Assembly (NCBI RefSeq): GCF_964355755.1 | Contig: NC_092671.1 | Coordinates: 24,812,070 to 24,876,069, forward strand | Direction: 5' to 3' | Source: Antedon mediterranea | Taxonomy: Eukaryota; Animalia; Echinodermata | Length of the DNA: 64,000 bases | Shown: positions 55,801 to 64,000 of the stretch, piece after piece | Layout of the letters: each line of letters starts with the position of its first letter | Numbering within the stretch: the stretch's first letter is position 1 | Translations under genes and position numbers: made by a program | Notes under the pieces: model-generated | Seen by the model: only the letters and a program-made list of their open reading frames with translations | The model's database searches: none | What the model was told of the DNA's origin: nothing

Positions 55801-55921
55801 TGTCCATCGTGGCTCATCGGGAACGGTTGTGTCTGGTTGAATCTTTCCAAATCTACTTAGAACTTGTTCATTTATCTGTCGTAGATTATCTTCTAGTGGC
55901 AGATCACCATATGTATAAAAT
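1613..55921 (-). CDS. PITRM1: Presequence protease, mitochondrial (pitrilysin metallopeptidase 1, M16C). Partial gene: 16 exons in window, 5' exons not found.
   Basis: Manually spliced exons: 55795-55921, 55056-55144, 54446-54574, 45884-45997, 44169-44265, 21239-21512, 18428-18674, 14333-14453, 11996-12072, 11675-11840, 7211-7311, 6198-6309, 5077-5240, 4808-4879, 3975-4089, 1613-1849. All are GT-AG and phase-consistent (2242 nt). Peptides such as FYTYGDLPLE, GPTSPFYKALIE, RIEAILHKIE, WNHGSDP, QPTNGVVYF, LKTGGL, FPVNY, FLHREIREKGGAYG, FYSYRDPN and IDEAKLSVFS are colinear with recalled human PreP. Confidence 0.96.
1876..3286. repeat. Compound microsatellite (TTATTC/TTTC)n, split by a MITE
   Basis: Directly visible at 1876-1972 and 2899-3286. 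It reads (GAATAA)n on the minus strand and may be an expanded retroelement tail. Confidence 0.9.
1973..2898. mobile_element. PIF/Harbinger (Tourist-like) MITE, 926 bp
   Basis: Perfect 38-bp TIR CGCCCGTATTCTTAAACCGGACTTTAGTCGTAGTTCGA. TTA target duplication at 1970-1972 and 2899-2901. Confidence 0.88.
3975..4089 (-). CDS. PITRM1: PITRM1 exon
   Basis: (R)DPNSEKTLDAFKKCCEWAVDASYLDQDIDEAKLSVFSS; AG/GT boundaries. Confidence 0.93.
4808..4879 (-). CDS. PITRM1: PITRM1 exon (R/Y substrate-binding region)
   Basis: EKGGAYGSGALMGTSGNFTFYSY(R); AG/GT boundaries. Confidence 0.94.
5077..5240 (-). CDS. PITRM1: PITRM1 exon
   Basis: NPFTTTKQKLHYELPFPVNYISHAIEGIPFNHEDFASLRLLARLMSTKFLHREI(R). Confidence 0.93.
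6198..6309 (-). CDS. PITRM1: PITRM1 exon
   Basis: CALNASPIFMDTASLHLERFLSQLPGDGAGQTSFMQE; donor gtaagt. Confidence 0.9.
6767..6966. mobile_element. Small inverted-repeat MITE (Harbinger-like)
   Basis: tcaccccttaaggccaaattatacag...ctgtgtaaattggccttaaggggtga; imperfect IR arms of about 45 bp. Confidence 0.6.
7211..7311 (-). CDS. PITRM1: PITRM1 exon
   Basis: VMFLKSIAELKDLNPVLQKLQQVASHVLCTENM(R); phases fit both neighbours. Confidence 0.9.
7422..9348 (+). pseudogene. Nested GT31 beta-1,3-glycosyltransferase (B3GALT/B3GNT-like) with two tandem catalytic-type domains; frame-disrupted
   Basis: Type II N-terminal TM segment (7422-). Domain 1: R-SWGK, HGDLLQGWFEDNF, LKVFMALKW, YFPPFC, AHG. Domain 2: KRDVIRQTW, YGDIIQADFIESFKDLTLKV, FKGDDDTFVN, YFPPYCSGAGYILS, IPIDDAFQG, VVHG. 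In-frame stops at ~7719, ~7789 and ~8719; frameshifts at ~7760, ~7912, ~8435 and ~8668. Splice acceptor ttttcttttcag ends at 7400. Confidence 0.85.
9350..9420 (+). mobile_element. tRNA-derived SINE fragment (B-box and CORE-like segment)
   Basis: gagattgtgggtttgaatgc...cattgcttgtatccttaggcaagacactttactta matches the fuller copy at ~55366-55594. Confidence 0.55.
9608..11620 (+). mobile_element. Non-LTR retrotransposon ORF2 fragment (L2/CR1-group): APE endonuclease and N-terminal half of RT
   Basis: Uninterrupted 670-aa ORF with LNCRS, IIALEETW, GGGIALY, IYRPP, GDMN, PTR, IDNI, SDHLPI (APE) and NYQPISILP, QYGFR, FLDLSKAFDTIDH (RT). It stops before the PQG/YADD motifs. Confidence 0.92.
11675..11840 (-). 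CDS. PITRM1: PITRM1 exon
   Basis: PKLEDVDRFTTLVRMNASDLAMSLSNSGHSYAMSAAQSHLSPVSHFNEILGGMKQ; donor gtaagt. Confidence 0.92.
11996..12072 (-). CDS. PITRM1: PITRM1 exon
   Basis: GIMLSSYCLDNNTEEMFKLWHDIFL(R). Confidence 0.92.
12148..13644. repeat. 34-bp minisatellite, about 44 diverged copies
   Basis: Consensus GTAGGTGAGTTGCACCTGGATTAGATGCTCCATC. Confidence 0.93.
14333..14453 (-). CDS. PITRM1: PITRM1 exon
   Basis: MGAGNMSFHEISQQEDLKTGGLGVHTHICQHPDSIHKVEK. Confidence 0.92.
14560..14810 (-). mobile_element. L2-type LINE 3' end fragment
   Basis: Minus-strand peptides ADDKAFS and NALPVDLREANSAPLFKRQLENVLF resemble the L2 ORF2 C-terminus. They are followed by an L2-like tail tagcgctctg...gggcgtcatataaagtagataata. 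Confidence 0.6.
14896..18338. repeat. 75-bp tandem repeat array, about 46 near-identical copies
   Basis: Unit ATGGTGTAGTGTCAGAACCAGTTGAAGTACTGTATCTAAATGTATTATTGATGTTGTAGTGAATACCATGTACCA; lies inside PITRM1 intron 14454-18427. Confidence 0.97.
18428..18674 (-). CDS. PITRM1: PITRM1 exon
   Basis: IQLASEQSKVDDPSCLPTLAISDV...QPTNGVVYFNAITSLHTLPNDLLIYVPLFSSVIT. Confidence 0.94.
19103..19521. mobile_element. Tc1/mariner-type (pogo/Tigger-like) MITE, 419 bp
   Basis: TIR CAGTAGAACCT...TTTTACGTAC at both ends; TA on both flanks. Confidence 0.8.
19729..20362 (-). mobile_element. Helentron-like non-autonomous element (HINE/DINE-1-like), copy A
   Basis: Subterminal IR ACCTCCGCC/GGCGGAGGT, (GTTT)n near the 5' end, 3' hairpin ACTCTCGGAGT then CTAGT; T-rich insertion site. 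Paralogous to the copies at 25071, 41052 and 47843. Confidence 0.75.
21239..21512 (-). CDS. PITRM1: PITRM1 exon
   Basis: ALLPSWNHGSDPTDQLKINEIVTAFKRSLEENPALLQEKVKEYFLNNPHHLTLVMKP...KKKIFED. Confidence 0.94.
24320..24596. mobile_element. TTAA-type (Kolobok-like) MITE
   Basis: TTAA|AGATGTATTGTCC...GGACACTACATCT|TTAA; several paralogues in the window. Confidence 0.7.
25071..25513 (+). mobile_element. Helentron-like non-autonomous element, copy B, with an internal tRNA-derived cassette
   Basis: ttattacctccgccaagg...(GT)n...ggcggaggtttgtactctcggagtaccctctagt. Confidence 0.75.
25298..25366 (-). other. tRNA-Glu-like pseudo-tRNA / Pol III type 2 promoter cassette
   Basis: Minus strand: A-box TGGTGTAATGG, loop CTCTCAC, B-box GGTTCAAATCC, then a long T run. 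The acceptor stem does not pair, so it is not called a functional tRNA. Confidence 0.55.
25553..25693. mobile_element. Short Harbinger-like MITE (related copy at ~29735-29870)
   Basis: ttggttcccactaggac...gtccgagtgggaaacaa inverted ends. Confidence 0.5.
26245..27627 (+). mobile_element. Non-autonomous Helitron, about 1.38 kb
   Basis: 5' A|TCTATATTATAA, (GTCT)n(GTTT)n, 3' GC hairpin ACCCGCCC-TG-GGGCGGGT about 11 nt before the terminal CTAG|T; no TSD. Confidence 0.85.
27725..27914. mobile_element. TTAA-type MITE, same family as 24320
   Basis: agatgtattgtccccc...gggagacaatatatcg|ttaa. Confidence 0.6.
30297..35558. repeat. 36-bp tandem repeat array, about 146 copies
   Basis: Unit TCTATTA(T/G)GGT(G/C)TGTATCAGGGTACCTTTTACTATA; lies inside the 22.6-kb PITRM1 intron. 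Confidence 0.98.
36840..37720 (-). mobile_element. Probable highly degraded LINE remnant
   Basis: Strong strand asymmetry (C/A-rich on minus) and broken ORF pieces. No diagnostic motif was read with certainty. Confidence 0.3.
38340..41866 (+). mobile_element. Degraded L2/CR1-group LINE (APE, RT and 3' tail), interrupted by HINE copy C
   Basis: Fragments IIGISQTW, GCFYRP, LLGDTN, MSDHLAI, KSTGLDSIP, NYRSISILS, LIDVQKAFDTINH, GSIIGPTLFLCYI, MYTDDT, with many stops and frameshifts. 3' end aataaaatcaaatcaaa at ~41850. Confidence 0.85.
41052..41660 (+). mobile_element. Helentron-like non-autonomous element, copy C
   Basis: tttacccccgccaaggagg...(GTTT)n agcaggattactcaaaaag...ggagtggctttctagt; reverse-complement paralogue of copy A. 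Confidence 0.75.
42112..42266 (+). mobile_element. 5'-truncated RTE-clade LINE micro-insertion with 12-bp TSD
   Basis: Encodes LLEDTSLGNTSELACVMEDRKTWK, which resembles an RTE ORF C-terminus. GAT-rich tail. Direct repeat ATATTGTACTCA at 42100-42111 and 42267-42278. Confidence 0.7.
43519..43854. mobile_element. PIF/Harbinger MITE, 336 bp
   Basis: Imperfect TIR GGGTTTATTCAGATCTATGGAGTTATGCTTTTG / CAAAAGCATAACTCTGTTGGTCTGAACAGTCCC; TTA on both flanks. Confidence 0.72.
44169..44265 (-). CDS. PITRM1: PITRM1 exon
   Basis: EGFEDQRIEAILHKIELSQKHQTTSFGLGLMM; donor gtaagt. Confidence 0.94.
45884..45997 (-). CDS. PITRM1: PITRM1 exon
   Basis: YDTSTKEASFSIGLQGIANENVAKVKEIIKKTFQQVV. Confidence 0.93.
47843..48467 (-). 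mobile_element. Helentron-like non-autonomous element, copy D
   Basis: Colinear and highly similar to copy A (actagaaagccactccgagagtgcatacctcc...cctccctggcagaggtaaa). Confidence 0.78.
54446..54574 (-). CDS. PITRM1: PITRM1 exon
   Basis: ITDPFESFTASVLGSLLVSGPTSPFYKALIEANIGSDYAPNV(G). Confidence 0.94.
55056..55144 (-). CDS. PITRM1: PITRM1 exon
   Basis: REAEVYCAVDPMAADPNKQTTISVSYLLA. Confidence 0.92.
55366..55594 (+). mobile_element. tRNA-derived SINE with CORE-like body and L2-like tail
   Basis: A-box-like tggtgcagtg, degenerate B-box cccgaatcc, body ttaggcacactttactt...ctctccacccaagtg...aatgggta, tail acagcgctt...taggcacctaaatccaggatatta. Confidence 0.6.
55795..55921 (-). CDS. PITRM1: PITRM1 exon (most 5' exon found in window)
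   Basis: FYTYGDLPLEDNLRQINEQVLSRFGKIQPDTTVPDEPRWTEP. Confidence 0.93.
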
Positions 55922-58900
55922 CTAAAATAAAAATAAATAAATATTTTGATACCATTTGTGTTATGTCACGATGTCAATTTTAATGCACTAGTATTCACAA
56001 AGATACTCCCTAAAAACTTGAGTTCAGTCGAGTTGAGTTCCTTGTCAACATAAGCGCACCAAGCTTATTGTAATATGGCAGCCACATAAAGTAGCATCTA
56101 CAATAATTATGGAAAATAATTAAGATTAACAAAATCAGTCTTTCAATAGGCCATTTGTCATATTATTTATGTTGAGATTCTCTGTGTTTAGAGAAGGATG
56201 CTTTAGACCAGGTCCGCCTTATATTATTAGCCAATCAAAATCGTATAATTTTTGGAGGGAAAATGTTATCCTCCTCTGAAGCCTAAAATTTGCATATCCA
56301 GTATAAAAGTAGAATGTAATAGATACTAGGGGAGAAGAGAGAATAAGATCAGAGTAGATAAACGGAAAGATGATAAAGAAAATATTAAGGCTTGACTGGT
56401 AGTGGTAGAAAGATGTATTAATCGAGTTACAAGGAATAAAAGTTCTAGTTGAGTTAATTATACTTTTTGTATGAGTTATCATTCAGTGACAGTGTACGTC
56501 GCGTGGAGTTATATATACGCCTGAGAAAGCTCGGAACCAACTAACTAAAATAAATTCACTACACCATTTCTCAGTATAATAAAGTTATACACTTCCATAA
56601 AAAAAAACAATCCAGGATATTGATTTCTCTATAGTATTGATAAATTTTCCGTTTGATATAAAAAAAACAGTTAATTTTAACCCAAAACCCATTGTCTGAC
56701 AGACAATTTGAGTATATTTTCCATAAATCTTTTTTTTTAACAGGAAAATCATTATTGGTCAAAGTAAAAACTATTTTTCAGGTGGTAAATATATCCTACT
56801 CTCCTGTTTTGCACTGTTTTAGAGTTGTTGATTTGGAACAGCATTTTTCTTTTAGAATACATTTTTTGGACAGTTTATACCACATTACATGTGTGAAAAA
56901 AGTAGGCTGTAAATAGTTTTTGTTTGACTCTTTACTACATATGAATGCATCCATTCATTTAAATGGTGATAGTTTATTGGCTGTAGAAACTGTGTCACTA
57001 ACATGAACCAAAAAGGTAATGAAAGTGCATACGAACAAAACAACATTACGTAGCAAGATTACATTACTAGAGTACATTAGACTTTGAGAGTAATCTTAGA
57101 CAATATTTTCATTTCAACGCATTCATCCTATTTATAATGCACACCCAATTCGGAAAAAATAACTGCTTATGAAATGAGTTACATAGAATATATTTGAATT
57201 TTCACTTGATTGTACAGTACTGGAAATTCTAGATTAGTCGCGAGTGCCTGTGTCTCTAAACTTAAGCATAACCGCTTATAATGAAATGGTTGAGCAATTA
57301 GGGCTTTAAAAATCTGTGTAGATTCAGGGTCAGTAGTAATAGTGATTTTTAGATTTGAATGAACGTGAACAAGTGTGTAGCTTAGGCCTAGCGTAGATCC
57401 TTAATTTTCTGTACGAAGACTGGCATCCTAGTGATAAAACCCAGGCCATAACCTGTATTATTAAAAGCTTTATTTAAAATAATTTTAAAAAATCAATAAT
57501 TCAGTTTCCAAATATAATTTTACTGAAATTCACTTTTTACTACATTCTCAGAAAATGACAGCGAGATCATTTTCTACCATGATTTTGGTCAATTTTTTCA
57601 GTGTTATGACATCATACATCCACTCGTACTCCTGTCAGAGAGTGAACACTGAAATGCCACTGAACAAGTGCTCGAATTTGCCAGTCGACGTGCCCGTCGC
57701 CTATCGCATGTGCATATCCAAAAAATGACGTAATAGGGTAGCAGTCGACATAGTCGACGTGAAAATGTAAAAGTCCCTAATGTAGACATGCTGTTGTACT
57801 AGCCATAGAAGCCATGGTGGTCAACCTTTGGACACAATCAGTGTAGTTAATATGCCACTTGATAACCGACAATAGCTCTTGTATTTTAAATAAGATACAT
57901 GTATGATATAATGAATGAACAGATTATTAGGTTAAGTACAGTAGGCACTTGGGAATATACATTTCCTCATACAAGTTAAAAAATCTTGTATTTTATTATG
58001 CCAATAAAAAGATATACAGTACTGTAAATGTATATTTTTGTTTTCTTGGAAGAATATTATTCATTTTCAACTACTCTATTACTCATTATCAGTTACGCGA
58101 CATGGCGCTTTCTACCACATCTTGCCATCTCCCTCTGTCATGGGGAGGATGATTTTTTCTGTATCATTTTCAATTCCCTTTTTTTAGTGTCATAATCTAT
58201 GAAGATTTTAGTCTTATCCTCTTGATCTTCTTTTTGTTTAAAGATATATTTTCCCCCAAAACATGAAAAATGATTTTGAATAGGCTATTTTGTATTTTTA
58301 AGGTTAATCACTTCTGCAGAAAAAAAAAGTTTTTCAATTATAAAAAAACAAAATATAAATTCAACAAAAAACCTAGTATATTGGCTGGCAGCCAATTTGA
58401 CTATTTTTTACTTTAAATTACAGTTTTTCAGCCCCTTCTTTTGTAATATATATATATATATATTATGCACCCATTTACATACCATTTTACAGGAAAAGGG
58501 GGTACAAATCAACATTAAAAATCGTTAAATCTTCATTTTTGTTAACGTTACGATCGGTAAAACTGACTGACCAATCAAATAGTTCATAAATTACGTCATC
58601 ATAGGTTGTGAAAAAATATGTACGCGCTGACAATTCTTGAATTTTTACAATGTTTTTTAACTTTTTTGTGCTCTTTTAAAGTCTGATATTTCAAAATAAC
58701 AAGTGTAAGTAAACTAAATTATAATATAAAAACAATTTAATTTAATGTTTGTCTTTAGTGTAAGCCTAGATTAAGATATCAGTGAAAACATGTCCTAGGC
58801 TGAGTTGAATGTTTGTCTTTAGTGTAAGCTTAAATTAAGATATCAGGGGAAAACACGTCCTAGGCCGGCTGGGTTGAAGCATCAAAACCCTTAACTTTTC

Positions 58901-61637
58901 CAATTTTCACATGGGCCCGCTGCGTTGCAAAACTTCACGTCCATGTGTCGCAGCAACGTCGAAAGAACCAAGAAACCATTAACGATCGTGTAAAAAATGT
59001 GTACAAATTTGCGGTCCGGCTCGATCATCATTATTTATTTTCAACTTTAACGATTTGAAAATGTAATGCAACTAGTCGTAACGCTTCTTCGGTGGGAAAA
59101 CAGGCTTTAGGCTATTGCCACAAAAAAAAACAGTTCCGTGTATTAAATATGTTCTATAAAACATACTATATTCAGATAATTATATGACAAGAATCGACTG
59201 GCCAAAACGCCTCAGATGCTATCTACGGGCATCTAGAAAAACCAGCCTTGACGATTCTTTTCCTATATCGGCCCCCTCTTTATCAAAATCCTAGATCCGC
59301 CCCTGCTTGATATATGTCTACTACTATTTAATTTAATTTTATTTGATTTTTAAAAAGGGAAGAATCAAACTACAGAACGCATGAAAATGGACAAGAAAAA
59401 AACCAGACAAGGCAACTGGGGTTGGTAAAGGAAAGACAAACATTGAATTTTATAGTTACATTTCATTCCTGATAAGTCACAACAAATGTGGAAGTTTAAA
59501 AGTTTGTTGTTTGGGGGTTTTTTTTGGCAATTCTTTTAAACATAGAAAAGTCTTAAATTATATTGCCTATCAAATTGAACATTGTCTCATGGGTCAATAT
59601 ACACAGAGGATTGGGAATTAAAAGTTACAACTTTATTTGCATACTTCCGACGTATATGATGGCCTATTTCATAAATGATGGACCTTCACATTACTTCATT
59701 TATTTTGTTTCATTTGTGTTTAATTGCTTTTGACATTGTTAGTTTATAGTCAACGATTTGTATGAATTTATGTGCTATGGGAAAAACTTGTTTATTAATT
59801 TTAAGGTACATTAAAAAATAATTAATAATGTAGAACTGTAAACCAACTTTCTCTTTTGTCATTTTTAATACATTTTACTTTTCATACAATATCAAATTAT
59901 AAATTTTAATAACACATTCTAATTTTAGTGTGGGACAACTTATGTTTTTGTGGCAAAACTAAAAATAAAATTGGCTTATTTAACAAAAACAAAAAAACCC
60001 ACAAATATCAAGTATATTAGTTTTAAGAAATATTTTTTTTAACGTAAAGGTACATTAATTGAATATGAATTATATAAAGTATGATCTGAACAGAAACCCC
60101 TATTAATGAAATAGATCCGACAGCAACTAGGATAAATGAAGTCTCTATCCAAATTTTCACAGTTTCGGTGGACTTTTAGAAGCCAAACAATTTGGAAAAC
60201 TTAAACCTGGCTGGGACAGGGCTTTTAGGACACTTGCCTGTTTTAGAGTATTGTTATTAAGGTTATTTTAAAGACATGTAAAGGTGCTTTAATGTAAATT
60301 AATTTGTCAGTATCTTTTCTTTTTTAGAAACACTAAATACCCCAGTGGCAAATAATTGGGGGATGGGCAACTCAAACGCAAACCCAATCCAAATACAGAG
60401 CTCTGTGAACGATCAAGAAAAGAACAGAATCAAAATGTGACTTTACCGGTGGAAAAGGTACGATCATTTCTGATTGCTATCACTCTACATTGGAGTGTCA
60501 TTTCCGGTGCCATCTAGGGATGTTATTTAACAAACCATCAAACAACCTGATAACTTACATAAAACTCATAAGTATAGAAATAAAATACCAGTTTGTAATT
60601 TTTCAAGTCAAACTACAATAAAATATCAATTAAACAGGAATTGAAATAAAATAAAGTAAACGACTCCTCATTTTTTCATGACAACCCCCATTGAGACATT
60701 CTATTCAACTTAAATATGACATTATACACTCAGTTAAATAAACAATTTAATTTAAAGTGCCTTGGCCACTTGGATCAATAATACCTCTAGGAAAAATTGA
60801 TTGAAATTTATGAATACAATTTGTACTCTAAACACATTTTAATGACTAATACATTTTAATATAGATCTATTTAATGAGTACATTTTCTGATAATAGTTAA
60901 AAAGATTTAATTTTCAACCATAATTTATTTGTGAATAAAATAAAATACACTAAAAATGCATTTTAATGACTGAAGTTTAACTTTCATTAATTACCTAACT
61001 ACTTTGTATATAATTTTAATGAAACAGGTAGGAAGGGAAATTGATTTTTTAATCAATTTGGATGGCAAATATTTAACTTTAAATAATTAACTATAATGTT
61101 TTAAGATTCTTAATGTAGATAGTATTAGTAGTGTACTATACCTGGAAGATATAATTATTTATCAATAACATTGTACTCAACAAGCATCTAAAAAAATACA
61201 CTAATGTGTATAGTTTAATGAAATGGTAGAAAGGGAAAATTGATTTATTAATGAATTATACCTTGTATAATTGTATCTTTGAATAATAACTATAATGTTT
61301 TAAGATTCTATGTAGATAATACAGTACAGTAGTACATATAATTGATTTACTTATAAATAACTTTGTACTCAACAAGCATCTTTTGTTAACCAAGTTTATT
61401 TATTACTTATTGTAAGAAAATAAAATATTTGAATTTGCTCACCAATAAACTCTAAAATTATTGTCTTAACAACTTAATATTCTGTACTTAATATTCTGTA
61501 TGTTATAAAAATAATAAATGTTTATGAGTTGAATGGGGAGAATATTTTCATGATTGAGATCACTGGGGTCACATGCTTTAACTTTAACAGCTAAAATACA
61601 ATTATGAACTTTATCCTTTATTGTTGACAAACTAACA

Positions 61638-61908
61638 ATTGGTCAGATTTTTTGCCCTACTCTGACATAATGTGTACTTCATATTAAGTACATTGAGAAT
61701 ACTTGCAAAAAAATATGCAATTAATACTTGGTTGGGACTCAAACCCATGACATCCAGACCTCCTGGTGTTCATACCTCTAGACCAGCGAGTGGTGGCTAG
61801 GGGTGAGATTCGAGCCCAAGTAAGCAGCGGGTACTGGACCAAGTATTCTCAATGTACAATAGTATAAAGTACAAATTACGTCAGAATAGGGCAAACATCT
61901 GACCATTT
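61638..61908. mobile_element. MITE with ~70-bp TIRs and a tRNA-like core
   Basis: tggtcagattttttgccctactctgac...gtacattgagaatacttg versus caagtattctcaatgtac...gtcagaatagggcaaacatctgacca. Confidence 0.7.
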
Positions 61909-62521
61909 ATTCACCCTGATGCAAAGCTACTCACAGTAGTTACAAACAATTACAAACTAATAATTAATAAAGAAAAGAAGATAAAAGCACATTAAAATGG
62001 TCAAACAGCCATGGTGATAGGAGTTGCACCCTTTAACCCTCATGGACCTAGGCACTATTGGCTTATTAATCATATTCATTTTTAATGAAGCAATATTATA
62101 TGTGTCAAAATGAGCTGCTTGCTTGACTGCACAAGTATTGATACATTACAAACCTGATTACCAACTTCTAATGAGTTTGAAGTACTAAAACCGGTCATTC
62201 ATCAGTTCTTCCAGTCCTTCTCCTCCTACTTTCTTACAACCCACTTTACAATGAAATAAGTTCGAAAATATGTCATTGTCATAACTACACACATAGCATT
62301 GACTTTATTCATACAATTCATTATTTTTGTTGGAGACAGCAATTACAATTACAGGTGTGAAAATGATGTCATGAACTCACGCTGGTTGGCTCAGTGCACA
62401 ACTATTGATATACTATCATTACAAGAGGTCAAATGCTAATACCCTGTTTCTTAACCTTGAGACCATCTATTTAAAGGACCCTTTATAACGGAACAATCTT
62501 TAAAGGACAACTTGACCGAGG

Positions 62522-62883
62522 ACCATATTTTTACACTGTATTAGGGATGTACATATGCTTTCCGAACAATCACGAGATTAAGGATATCGCCGCATGCGCT
62601 TGCGTACAGCCTCGCCATAAATTGCTGTGACGTCACAGGTGCATCGCAAAATCTACTTAATCAGTCCAGATAAGCAAAAGAAATTTATTTTTTTTTACGA
62701 TTTATTTACAAAGTGTGTTTACTAGAAATTTTCGCGATTTGCCAGAGAAAACTCATGATGTAAATTTTGCGATGCACATGTGACGTCACAGCAATTTAAG
62801 GCGACGGCTGTGCGGCGATATTATCAATCTCGCGATGATTCTGAAATCATATGTACATCCCTAATACGTTGTTAAAATATGGT
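62522..62883. mobile_element. Foldback-type MITE with ~130-bp inverted arms
   Basis: accatatttt...gtattagggatgtacatatg...tgtgacgtcacaggtgcatcgcaaaat is mirrored at 62760-62883. Confidence 0.75.
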
Positions 62884-63764
62884 TGTGAAACAAATAATAT
62901 GAAAGACACGAAGAAATCAATTGATTGAAAGGTATGAATTTTAGCCAGCAGGACACAGCTCAATTCATCACATTTGATAGAAAAATATACAAATCCAAAA
63001 AATTGATATCATAAGAGGGCATTGAAGACCCCTTTACCTAATTAAAACATTTATGATAAAAAAATACTGTATATTTTAATTCACTACAGGTAGCAGAATT
63101 AAAGTACTACGGCCCAATTGAGGACAAAAGGAAATAGAGAAACAATGCGGAAATACATACTAAAACTAGTTATCATTTAAATGTGAATCATTATCCTAGA
63201 TGTATAGTTAAACTCAGTTTGTAAACTACCCAGTGAACCTTCTTCACAAACATATAATACATTTAATCAGTCAATCTGAATCCTATAGATAAGATAAAAA
63301 TTATACTTGCTACCCCCTGGAATATAGACATGGGCATGGGATTTAGGCCTAGTACTAACAATGATCATGACATCTGTTTTTGGTTTATTAGTTTAACTAT
63401 ACTGTCGATTAATCACTACTGTGTAACCATAGCAACAGACGCGCCAAGTGAGTCACTGGGTATATATGATCTCGGGGATATTGTGTTTAAATTCTTCAAT
63501 TATTTTTATACCTGGATAGTATAATTTGGCCGTAAGACAATTCCTGTCATCTCGTCTTAGGATCATAAAAAAAATCAAAAACTTTTTAAAAAAAAAACAA
63601 TTGCATCTGCGACTGCCTTAAACACTTACTGCAATAAGCAATAAATTTATAAAATAAATAAAAATAAATAATACAGATCATTGTAAAAAAAAAATATTTT
63701 AAAATTAGATTTTTTTATAGACTTCAGTAAGACACTGGACGGGTGCAGGTCAACTCGGCCCTAA

Positions 63765-63928
63765 ACCGTCTCGGCCAAAGTCAAGTCGGCCCCACGTCAA
63801 GTCGGCCCCAAGTCAAGTCGGCCTCAAGTCAACTCGGCCTCAAGTCAATTCGGCCTCACGTCAACTCGGCCTCAAGTCAACTCGGCCTAAAGTCAACTCG
63901 GCCAAAAACTAATCCGTCAACTCGGCCT
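63765..63928. repeat. 16-bp tandem repeats, about 9-10 copies; probable transposon subterminal array
   Basis: Unit CAAGTCAACTCGGCCT with variants; GC-rich against an AT-rich background. Confidence 0.75.
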
Positions 63929-64000
63929 TTAAAAAGTATGGAATGCAAAAAGTGCTAATATAGTAGTTCATTTATTACAATGGCAGGATATGTACGGTTA

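Noticed and set aside
60447-60513. Minus-strand AG...GT segment reading MAPEMTLQCRVIAIRNDRTFST as a PITRM1 exon
   Set aside because: It has no resemblance to the expected upstream PreP sequence (…SGGDP…YHPSNA) and the wrong phase for the 55921 acceptor.
61014-61381. ~200-bp local tandem duplication (similar small ones at ~5710-5990 and ~58745-58865)
   Set aside because: Ordinary diverged intronic duplications with no further structure.

Overview
AT-rich animal genomic DNA, probably an invertebrate (inference). It is not prokaryotic. The backbone is the 3' ~three-quarters of the mitochondrial presequence protease gene PITRM1/PreP (M16C) on the minus strand: 16 GT-AG exons between 1613 and 55921 with consistent phases, giving about 746 codons plus stop. 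I did not find the N-terminal exons (HXXEH motif), so they probably lie beyond the window. The introns are greatly expanded. One holds a nested antisense GT31 (beta-1,3-glycosyltransferase) locus with an unusual architecture: a TM anchor, a motif-degenerate GT31 domain and a motif-intact GT31 domain, now frame-disrupted. The introns also hold LINE fragments (L2/CR1-group, RTE), tRNA-derived SINEs, Harbinger, Tc1-mariner and TTAA-type MITEs, a non-autonomous Helitron, four Helentron-like (HINE) copies, and three large minisatellite arrays (34, 75 and 36 bp). The very long ORFs in the supplied track come from these arrays. I cannot demonstrate a new biological system from sequence alone. The best candidates are the tandem pseudo-enzyme/enzyme GT31 gene and the DNA transposons carrying tRNA-derived Pol III cassettes. 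Homology calls come from recalled motifs, not database searches.
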